Shown here piece by piece: positions 49,904 to 61,000 of a stretch of DNA of 64,000 bases. The translations under genes and the position numbers were made by a program. Under the pieces are notes generated by a model. The model worked only from the letters and a program-made list of their open reading frames with translations, had not been told where the DNA came from and did not search any database. The stretch comes from Enoplolaimus lenunculus (taxonomy: Eukaryota): positions 186,001 through 250,000 of the forward strand of contig JASANG010003810.1 of the NCBI GenBank assembly GCA_030248215.1, in the 5' to 3' direction. Each line of letters begins with the position of its first letter. The stretch's first letter is position 1.

Positions 49904-50491
49904 TTAGATAGATTTACAGGGGGTAACGGAAATTCGTTCTTAAAATAGAAATCGTACAAGTCAGACAAAAACCTAAACGACGATGGGGCAAAAAAGTTCT
50001 TGAGGGGGGGTATGACGGCACACCATGCACTCCTGTAGTCGCTGGAGCTGGCTTGTTTGAACGTTGTCTTCAAACGCAATTTAAAATACTTCAAAAATCC
50101 TTCAAATTAAACATTGACGAAAAAATCTTGTTTCTTTGATTTAAATAAATTTATTTCACAAAATGCCATTTTCATGCTCATAAAATTCGCACATATATAG
50201 CATACAGCAAAAATTGTGTTTCATCACCTTTTGCCAGTCCGCCCGTCGCCAGAAATTTCTGGCTCTGCCGCTGTCATCACTCTACAACCATCATTGACCA
50301 TCAAGACGGTGTCGGATTTATTTAAACGTCGCTGTCCGGCCATGACACCGAATGTTATCAGAAGCATAGTGCAACTTTTAATTTTACTTTTCTGTGCCTA
50401 CACACTGGGACAATGGCACGCGCTTAGTCTTGGCATAATTTTTCGAAATTATCAATCAACAAGGTTGTAAATACTAAAATAAAATGTGAAG

Positions 50492-50958
50492 GGCCCATGT
50501 CTGCAACAGGGCCGGAACAGTAGTATAAGCATATTCCTAACCCTAAGCCTAAGCCTAAGCGTAAGCGTATGGGTGAGCCTGTTCCGAAGCCTAAGCCTAA
50601 GCCTAAGCCTATGCCTAAGCGTACGGGTGAGCCCATTCCGAAGCCTAAGCCTAAGCCTAAGCCTAAGCCTAAGCCTATGCTTAAGCGTATGGGTGAGCCC
50701 ATTCCGAAGCCTAAGCCTAAGCCTAAGCCTAAGCGTATGGGTGAGCCTATTCCGAAGCCTAAGCCTAAGCCTAAGCCTAAGCCTAAGCGTATGGGTGAGC
50801 CTATTCCTAAGCCTAAGCCTAAGCCTACGCGTATGGGTGAGCCTATTCCGAAGCCTAAGCCTAAGCCTAAGCCTAAGCAAAAAAATTAGTCTAAAGCTTA
50901 AACTGACTCCATTATATCCCCTCCGGAAAACGATGCGGCCCTGTTCTATAAATGGGCA
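50492..50958. mobile_element. Telomeric-repeat MITE (family D2) with internal 5x [spacer+(CCTAAG)n] array
   Basis: 8-bp TSD ATGTGAAG. Confidence 0.9.
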
Positions 50959-51610
50959 ATGTGAAGTATATACTTGAGCGAATAGCGAAAATTTTTTTCA
51001 GCTTCTCGTCTTATCAAGTTGAAAATGGCAAACTAGCGCAATTGTGTTTCGTTAAAAAATGAGACCCCTATATACCCTGAACCTCAACCGGGGGGTTCGA
51101 CCGGTGCTCCCAACGGCATCGCATGGCTGCGTGCTATAACAAATTTCCCCAGTGGTGCCCCTCTAAATTTAATTGTTAGCGCAGGGTGTAATCGGATATT
51201 CGTTTCCGGCAAAAATTGGTGTCCGTTTTCGTTATAGAAATAACAGAAATTAAATTATTTTTACGTTCAAAATCAGTTCTAAATCACACGTATATATTTC
51301 TCGCAATTTTTTGTTACAGATATGCCGCAATTGTTCGAAATGAAATAAAAAATTAACGCAATTCATCCAAAATCTTCAAAAATTTCGATGCATCCGCCAT
51401 TTTTGCTTTGAAATTTTCAAAACACTGGTAAATTTGTGCACGCCTGTCAATTATGTTGGCGGAAAATAAAACATTTTTCAAACTTTTATAGTCCAATATT
51501 CGTTTTCCGTTTCCGTTTCGGATATTTTGATCACTATCCGTTTCTGCACTTCCGTTTCCGTTATTTTTACTGTCCGTTTACACCATGGTTAGCAGACACA
51601 ATTGCTCGTA

Positions 51611-52036
51611 CTGTAGTGACCCGAATTCGAGGGGGGACTGATACTTATTTGGCCTCTCCAGAGGGTATCCCCCTTGTTATTCGGTTATGGACTGTTATTT
51701 ATTTTTAACCCACGCTCCGCCACCCTTCGTTACTGATATATATCCGGTACTGCAATTTATCCGTTGAAATAAAGGGTTATATTTGTCTTGTGTCAATAGG
51801 TTGAGCGATAATGCAAGGTTACACTTAGGAGTGTACTTTCAAACTTTAAGTACGCTTTAAAGTTTCGAACTGAAATTATTTGGTCCTGGAGTCATTTTTG
51901 CGCTACAATTAGGGATAACTGACATTTATGTACTCTATTCGCTTATGGACTCTTATTAGGGATACGGACTATTATTTAGTGGGACTCAAAATGGCGACTC
52001 CCTTCTTATTACCCCCTGTAATTCCGGTCACTACAG
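51611..52036. mobile_element. TA-flanked MITE family F
   Basis: TA|CTGTAGTGACC...GGTCACTACAG|TA. Confidence 0.8.
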
Positions 52037-53739
52037 TATGCTCATCCATTTCGGAAAGTATTTTTCACAATCTCAAGGCTACATACCTTACCCAAATCCA
52101 ACTCCAATTCATCTCTTCCCTTATGGAACCATAGCTTAAAACCTATATCGCTAATAGTTTACCGTATAGGAAAATGAACAAATACTGATGATATACTAGA
52201 AGTATATATGTCATTAAGCTTATTAGAACTTCTCAGGTTTGAGTATAAAGTCAACAATAAGCAATGTTTGGTAGCACTGGTAACCATGGTACAAAATAGA
52301 AATGGAAGAATTATCGGCAATCTACAAGTGTACGACTATAAATACCAATATACAAAAGCCAGCGAATGTATAGAACAGGGCCGTAACAGTAGTATAAGCA
52401 TATTCGTAGCCTAAACCATCAGTGTATTAAGAATAAACCTATTTCTAAGTCTAAGTCTAGCTTGAGCGAAAAAGTAGTTGAAACCTTTTTCATGCTTTAG
52501 CGATTCGGCCAAAAAGCGGTTCGCCGCTGATGTTTTGGGCCCAAAAGCCTATGATAATGAAAAGGTTATGAAGGCAAAGAAAAAACTTTTTTGTGGTTCT
52601 TGGGTATAAAAATACAGATATGGTTTAGTAAGGTTCTTTTAAACGAAACAATTCACTAGGTTTAGGCCAGTTGATTAAATACATTTGTGAAAATATATTG
52701 CCTTATTTAAGTAGACGCGTATAAAGATGTCAATTTCGAGGGGGTAACCGAGAAAATTTTTTAATCTCTATAACGCATAAATAACTTTGGAAAACCTGAC
52801 CATGTAAAAGATCAGGGGCAGTCTCTTTGCAGAACCCAAAAACAATACACTGCAAAAAATGGTGAGTCAAATTGACTACACAAATTGAGTCAAAATTTGA
52901 CCTCCTTTTGACCGAGTCAATTTGACTCACCGTTTTTTGCAGTGTACAAACACTTTGCTTTTATCATGTACTTGATTCATTGCTACTCGGTATTTACTGC
53001 ATTATGGAAAACAATTCCAATGTTATACTTTGGCTGGCGTAAACAGCAGTAAGCATCAAACTAAAATAACGGAAACGGATATTGAAGTATAAAAGTTTCA
53101 AAAATGTTTTATTTTTATGCCAACACAATTGATGCGTTTATAAATTCACCGGTTTTTCAAAGCTTCGAAAGAAAAAGTGGTCGATCGTGGATGCATCGAA
53201 ATTTTAAAAATTTTATATGGTTGAATTTCATAATTTTTATTTCGATTCAAACAATTGCAGCATGTCTGCAATGAAAAATTGCGTGATATGTGCGGGATTT
53301 ATAACTGATTTTGAACATAAACATAACAGAATTTTCGTTATTTCTATAACGGAAACAGACACCGATTTTTACCGGAAACGAATATCCGGTTTACACCTTG
53401 GTAAGCATATTTTTAAGCTTAAGCGTATAACTCAGCGGAAGGTTAAACACAAAAATTAGTTTAAGGCTTACTCTATGGTCTAGAAAGAAATGGCTCTCCC
53501 CTGAGTGGACGGGAAAGAAGGTAAAAAAATAAGGTTGTGCTATACTTTTGTTGACGTCCGGCGCCGGCACCGTCCGTCGCCGTCAGTCACTCGTAAGGTA
53601 TCATACGTGAGTAATTCGCGTACGATACAGCACCGAGACCCGACCTCGCTGGACGACAAGTATAGCGCCACCTTTGCCCATGCAGATGGAATGAATCGCA
53701 GTCGACGATACAGCTTTGGCTGTTCGCTAAGCTGTGTGA

Positions 53740-54057
53740 CAGGGTGCAACCGAAGATGAAATATACCGGAGCCGGAGGTGAACGAAACTTGCCGGAGCCC
53801 GAGGTGAGGCGAAATTAGGTAGGAAAAATGGTTAGTTTAATTTCAGCCAAAATCTGCAATATACTGCGAAATATCGGAAATTCTTTCCTGAAAATAGCGA
53901 CAAGAGTACAACGAAACGCGCTAAACAGATAAATTTTGCAAAATTTACAAAATTTTACTACCGAAATGGTCGGAATCTCCGGCAAAAATCCTACCGTAGC
54001 CGAAGCCCGATTTTCTGCCGGAGAAGAAGGCATAGACAGACCTCCGTTTGTACCCTG
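53740..54057. mobile_element. hAT-like MITE (CAGGGTGCAACC termini, GCCGGA subterminal repeats); relatives at ~15887-16365, ~17160-17342, ~51183-51587
   Basis: 8-bp TSD CTGTGTGA. Confidence 0.75.
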
Positions 54058-54367
54058 CTGTGTGACACATAATCACAAACTAAATCTGAACAAAATTTAC
54101 AGATGTACTCGTGACTAGGAGCAGACCACCGCCTAATTATAGCGGCCAGAAAACTTTGGCATACGAGCCAAACCGTTGAAAAAGTTTATGCAAAATAGTT
54201 AGATACCAATTTACCTTACCAAACTGCCGAACAACTCATTATTAACATTAATCTATGAGTGCATTTTACTCGCACAACAAACAGAAAACAAAATCCACAA
54301 ACGTAACGGAAACAATATTTAATATGCTCGCATGTATTGCGAGTTAGTAATAAATGTTCAATTAAGC

Positions 54368-54539
54368 GGCCCATGTAAAATCAGGGGCACAACGTTTTTC
54401 AATGGAACTGCAATAGGGCAAGCATAAGCTTTTAGCCTAATTTTTGCTTAGATTTTATAGCTAAGTATAAACTCATTCTTAGGATTAGGCATAAGCATAT
54501 ACTTATACAAGTACTACGGTCCTTTTCTATACACTGGCC
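54368..54539. mobile_element. Telomeric-repeat MITE (family D), degenerate
   Basis: GGCCCATGTAAAATCAGGGGC...ACACTGGCC. Confidence 0.7.
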
Positions 54540-54970
54540 AAACAAGCTACAATACCTGCGCATCTGAAACAACCCTACTCACAAGCAAGACAAATCAAAC
54601 CGCGCAAAATTTGCCAGATTTCGAAGCTAACCATTCGACGGTTTGAAAGTCACAGAACTGTTTCCAAGCAGTAATCGCTACTCCACACACTTGAAAATGC
54701 GGACATACAAATATTCTGTACCTTGTGAGCGAAACCTAAATACTGACGCATATCCAAACCTTAACAATTACGGCCGATGTTGCTACGAGCGGCGTAACAG
54801 TGCTATAAGCATATTCTTAAGCCAAAGCCCCAGCGTAATGATAAGCCTATAACTATACCTAAACAAAACATCGTACCAGTTTAGAAATTGCTGCATTGAA
54901 AAAAATTCAAAAATTGACTTACACAACATGCTATACATACCCCAATAGTAAAACAAATTTCAAATAAATT

Positions 54971-55084
54971 TCATTTCACTAAAATAGTTTTTTCAGCAAT
55001 GCGTTCAATATTTAAACACTTTGAGTTAAGTTCTTCATTTTCTAAGTATAGCTTCCCATTTTGAGACCGGACTAATTTGCGAGC
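54971..55084 (-). CDS. IARS1: IleRS terminal exon ([17 protein letters not shown]...KTILVK*)
   Basis: TTCGCAG acceptor, in frame to TGA; resembles the KLFLNE...KTVYV end of metazoan IleRS. Confidence 0.75.
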   Translation of the reverse strand, partial: ARKLVRSQNGKLYLENEELNSKCLNIERIAEKTILVK

Positions 55085-58000
55085 CTGCGAACAAAGTATT
55101 TACTACTACATCAGTACAGTAGAATATCTCAACGAGAAAAGCTAAAAACAACAAAAAAACTAACAGAATTCTCTCTCTCTGTTGAACAAATTTTGAAAGC
55201 AATCTTCTGAGCAATCATACTATAAAACATTTCTTAGCCATATTTGAGAGTCAAAGTTACTTAATAAAGCGTTTAAGAAAGGTCCATATTTTAAAATTTT
55301 CTATTAACTGCGCTAAAGGTGCAAAATTCGTCAACCTGCCATTTGTTGCATCAACACACTATTTTTCAGCTATCTGCCTTGAAAACATACCTGCTTAGTT
55401 TCGGAAACTCTACTTCAATAACTTGACCATTTCGCCGTTTTTAAAAGCATACTTAAGACAAGCAAATACTTAAGTCACTGACCGTTCACGCATATTAACC
55501 TTGGTCTAATTAAAATGGCAGACTCTTGATTCCTCCGTAATATAAAACAAAACTATAGCGTTCTTGTTATGACAGTGGCTCACATCTGGCGTTTATTTGT
55601 TTTTGCTCAAAAATTAAGTATTTGCGTAAGTTGGTGACTTAAGTAACTACTTAAGTACTTCTTAAGTAAGTACTCAAGTAAGACATCATAAACCCAGCCA
55701 CTGCTAGCTTCAGATAGACACTTTGCATACCAAAAGGTTCAGCACAACTAACACTGCTGGCAAGCAGATGAATCCCTTCATGCCCCTGGATTTTCACAGA
55801 CGTACCTGTTCTAAAATATCGTCATATCCAAGAGAAACTCCGTTATTCTTCAACAAAACTACTGCACGGCACGACTCTTTTGAAACAAACGCATATTTGG
55901 CTTGCATCTGAGACACAGTTGCTTGCTTGGGCCCTACAGAAAGGGCACTAGGATCTCTGTGCTTAGAAGCATATAAGGTGCATCCGGAAAGTTCTCTCGA
56001 ATCTGTTGACGGCATTACCCGTTCGTATCGTTTAGTTTCTTTGGCGTGACGAAACAAAAATGTTTCACCACCACAAACGCTATCCCAATGACCAAATAAA
56101 CATTGAACCTAAACATACAACCAGAAAACACTTCATTTCCGGCTAAAATTACTGAACCTCACGTGATAGTTTGCACAAATTTATAATATTTCCAACTTCG
56201 GCAACCATGCTGTCAAGTTAAAATTATAAGCCTTTCATCTGAAACGCATTCAAAAACGGCATTTATACCAAATGGACATTAGGACAGACTTAAACCGGTG
56301 AAAAATTCCAAGGTAAATCCTCGTAACCTCAAAAATATGCGACAAATTTTTTCGTAATTCAGGAGTTTTTCCGGGTTTTCTACATTCTAAAATTTCATCA
56401 AAGATTTAGGCACACATAACAGTCTAACTTTCTCCAGATCCAAGACAGCGACAGGCATGTGAAAATTGAGAGTCAGCGTGCGTGCGCAAGTTATTGTGGA
56501 AAATGCATCAAACCCAACAAATTATACTCGCCCCATTTTCACCCATACAACACTTCGGAACTCACTTCAAGTAATAAGCGGTCATACGAAATACAATTTG
56601 AATTCAACGGATTCTCCAGCAAAACAGTCCCCAAGTGACCCGTTTTCGTGTCAAACACATTGACAAACATAACACCATTTAAATCTCTGTCTTGCTGTTG
56701 CGCTTGAACCGGATTTAACTGAACACTGCCATCACGTCTGGTTAGCGTAATCCGTAGCTTTGAATTTTTCAACTGAAAGTACAATTTAACTTCCTAACAA
56801 TCTGCTCGTGAGATTTGCAATGCGAACATCTAAAAACAATGTAGTGAACGAATAGTTACAGTCACTTAAAAACTCACTCAACTTACCTCACAAACTTCTT
56901 CGATGATAACATTCGGAGCTTCTGTTTCTGGCGGATGGCCGCTAAGCAACGGTTGTCGAATCGCATTTTCGATGAATTCAGCCATTTCAAGTCGGACTCT
57001 GCTAACATCACTATCGCTAGGCGTTACATCGAGATACACGTTCACTTCGTCCGTTGGCACCAGTTTCGCCTGAAACAAAGAATTGCAAGATAAACCCTTC
57101 ATTAGCCAACTGTTTTCAATATCGAAGCTTTTCCTTGAATTTCAAGCAGCAAAAACAAGTAAAGGAAACGCCCAACATCAATATTAAAACAAACATCTAC
57201 TGTTTTGTTCAAACGAACCTTTTTTCGCAATTTTTGAATACGATTCACAATCTCACGTGAAATACCTTCGTCTTGCATTGATGCATCTGGGCGAATATCG
57301 ACCAATACGAGAACCTGAAATCATAGGCTATTCACCATAAAAGAAGGCAAAGTTCTCTGCTCCCAAGACAGAGTTCGCAGTCAAGAGGAATCTTATTCTT
57401 GTTGCATAATAATTTGGTTGGATTCTCCGCAATTCTTTCAGTAAAAAGTTCTAGCGGCTACACTATAGCACACAACGGATCGCAGCGGATTAGGTATTCA
57501 GTCCCACTCACTGAATTGTTTCGCTTCCACACGACAATGATATATTATATTGTGATTTTCGAAATACAGTATAACATCATAACACGCGTTTTACTCACAT
57601 TATTGTCAGAATTAGCTTCGTATCTTTCTTGTAGCGAAGTGTCATCGAAACTGTACATAATTCTAACGTCGTCTGGACTCAATTCTTGTCCGCAAACAGT
57701 AATGAGTCCAATTTCCAAAAACTTGCTCAATTGTTCATCGGTTAATTTCTAAAACGTAAGGAAAATAAAACGGAATTAAGAAAAATAAACGAAACACATG
57801 CACACTTCTTGTTTTTAAACCAAGTTGGACGTTTGTTTTCCCAAAAACTAATAATTTTAGCAAAATTCGGTTTCAAAGTTGCACCTGATCTGAAATACAG
57901 TAAAACACCTGCAACAACTTTGGCGAAAATTGTAAAAAATTGTCATCTTTCAACTGAGTTTGTTAAACCAACTGATCTGGGGCAATTTAAGGGGATGTGG

Positions 58001-61000
58001 GAAGGCGCCTGCTGATACGTCTTGCATACAACTGAGTTTTAGAAGTAAAAACAGAGAATTAAAAATCATACATAGGTTACAAAAACATAAATGTTCGCCC
58101 CCCTCCGAAAATTAATTCCTAGGTCCGACAGTGCTACCAGTTTCAAGTTCGAGGGCTTATATTTTGTTCATTCCTGAATTATTCCTCGAAAATAACCCAG
58201 CAATTTCCGGTGTAGATTTATACCGATAATTTGAATTGATCGCTTATGAGATTTTCCGTTGTATATGTAACTGAAATTGAATATTGGGTGACACAGTGCC
58301 CCTGTATTACCCTCATCCATCTGAACTATCGTTTACTTACCCGAATAGCATCAGCAACGGGCTTGAATTCTTTCTTCAACCGTGCGCCAAGGACTTTATG
58401 ATCAGGCTCAGCCCGAAGCTTAACTCCGTATCTAGCTTTGTCCGATGACGTCGTCAGCTCTCGTGCATTCAATTCGTCCAAAATATAATTTTCTAGCGTT
58501 CGAACATCGTCTAAATACTGCGCCTCTGTATGAATCACAACAACTTCACGAACCGGATACTGAAAATATAGCATTTTAAAAACAAAACAGCAGTGCAAAG
58601 TAAATATAGCCGAATTCTCAACAATGTGCAGCACATATCGGCATTTAGCTATAGCTTTAATAACTTGCGAAAAACTTTGAGTAAATTTTGCAATAACCAA
58701 AATTTCAAAATCACAACTTTTGCACGACGCCTGTTCAAAGAATACTAACGTAAACGGTTGTTGAACAAATTCAAACTCCATAAAACAGTAGCCTTTAAAT
58801 CTGCCTAAAAATTTAGCTTTATCGTACCGATGCGATTTACAAAGACACTACAACCTTATAAAACAATTATTGCTATGCGATCTAGCAACACTCAAAACTC
58901 CAAACACCACATTCAAAACCAAAAAATAAATTCAAACCATAAACGGCTGCCATACGCAAACCATTGCTATCCAAGAATCATTTTCGACAATGAGTTTGTG
59001 CTAAAATTCTTAGTTGTTAGTCCGGCCCCGTTGACAAAATTCTTCATTAAATTACCTTTAAAGGTAGTGTTCGGCGATCACGGATAACACGAGCCAGTTC
59101 AATAACAGTTTGCATGCAAGACACACGGCGTTCAACATCCTTAGCAATAACCGAAGACCTGAATGTAAAAAACAGACGTAAGTTAGTCACACTAGAAAGG
59201 AACGAAACTAAAAAAATTTTTCCGGAATGATACAAATACAAATTAGCAAAAGTAAAAACGCGAAACAAAATTTTCATCCTTTGTAATTCAGACCACAGGG
59301 GTCATATCTATTTGCTTAACCTTGTTTACGCCCATGACATTAACTGCTGACCTCTACAATCATCAGAAGATGGGCAAAACTCAATTCATGAAATTTAATT
59401 TAACGCTCACAAACAATAAAAGTAAAAGTTGGACGAGCGTAATGCGTTCAGCTACTGAACTCAGACAAGTCAATATGGCTGTCACAATCAAGTACTTACT
59501 CTACACTAGGCAATCGCAAATAGTGAACACTATCTTCAACGAGACTGTGGTCCAAAATTTTCTTTAAATTTTGATACATGTATTCGCAAAGAAATGGCGT
59601 GAACGGCGCCTATAAAACATACATCCGATTATTAATGTTATATAAAGTGCTATAACAAGCGCACCTTCCTACGCAAAGCTCTAGCTGTAAGCCCCAGTGC
59701 TGAGCGTTCACCTAAATATGTAATAAAAGTTTGCTGATGTTTCATTGAAGATGATTTTTTAAAGTTTAACCGGTAGTATTCTTGAACACTAAACGTGAGG
59801 TTATACTTTTTGACCATTTTAGTGCATACCAGCAAATCCAACGAAATCCGGAGCCCTACTACGTTGTCCGGCACCGCGCATCATCGTATGCGAAATGCTA
59901 AAATAAGTTGTTTCTGAGGGAATCGAATCATACTTCAAGTGGTCACAGGTTCAACGTGGAATAAGACCCCCGCAGAAAAAATAGTACGACGGACAGACCA
60001 CAGCGTCACCTGTACACAAAAAATCCAATATAAAAAATTCTAGCAAAGCAGACAAAACAGAAATAAAAATTCTAATTACCATTAATCGAACCATTGTAGT
60101 TAAAACAACCGCAAGCGTTTCGAGCGCCGCAGTACAGTCTTTAACGCCAAATTCCCCCTAAAGCAAGTCATTCCAGATCAGCTGTAATCACATAACACAA
60201 TTACATTCCATTGTTGACTAGAAGGCATCCTGAATGGTTTGGGAACGACCAAATCGAAAAAGCAAAATATTTATACATTGCATCATTTTAAAAAAAGCAT
60301 ATCGCAAAAGTGTTACAATGAGTCCCAAAATTGTACATTAAACCTTCAAAATCTATACAAAACATTTTGCTAATACCTGCCACCAGGAATCGTATTTTCA
60401 GACATTTGTAACCCTACTAACCAGTTCGTGTCAGGGTTTCAAACAAGCGAGTTGTGGCAGCTACTAATATCAAACTTTTCTTACAAGTAGATTAGTCAAA
60501 TGCGCAAAACTTGTCAAGTTTTTAATTTTTCCATTGGCCGGTTTAAATTTACAGAACATATCAGCAAGTGCCGATAAATGTTACATACATTTTTACGAAT
60601 ATATGCACAAATCAAAACACAGATTTTGTTTTGGGGCTATTATTTATTACCCACTAAAGTAATACCTTTAGACGGCGTCGATTCATGCGAACATACCAAT
60701 TCGTCAAAGTATCAACAAATTTCACAAGTCGCGGTACAACAGTATGCAACCGATATGCTGAAACAGTAACCTCAATCGTGACAATTTATTTTTATCTGGG
60801 TTTAAATTAGGTTAAAAATCTGGACACCACTCACTTTTCAAGGGCAGTCAGTTTTCAACGAATGATTAAGCATATCACCGACGAAACGTCAACAAGAAGC
60901 GAGTCCAACTTTACGAGAAAGTAACAGCCCAACTTTAACAAAAGTTTCCAAAAAAACTGTAACATCACGTTACGTGCACGTCATGACAGGTAGACCGTAT

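Noticed and set aside
50424..50977. PKPKPK / LRLRLR / LGLGLG / SLSLSL ORFs (also 2462, 8787, 14821, 20762, 21589, 22742)
   Set aside because: Reading frames of TTAGGC/GCCTAA repeats inside MITEs.
56539..56565. IleRS ending at TGA 56539-56541
   Set aside because: A strong GTGAGT donor at 56565 and two further in-phase exons give a more IleRS-like C-terminus.
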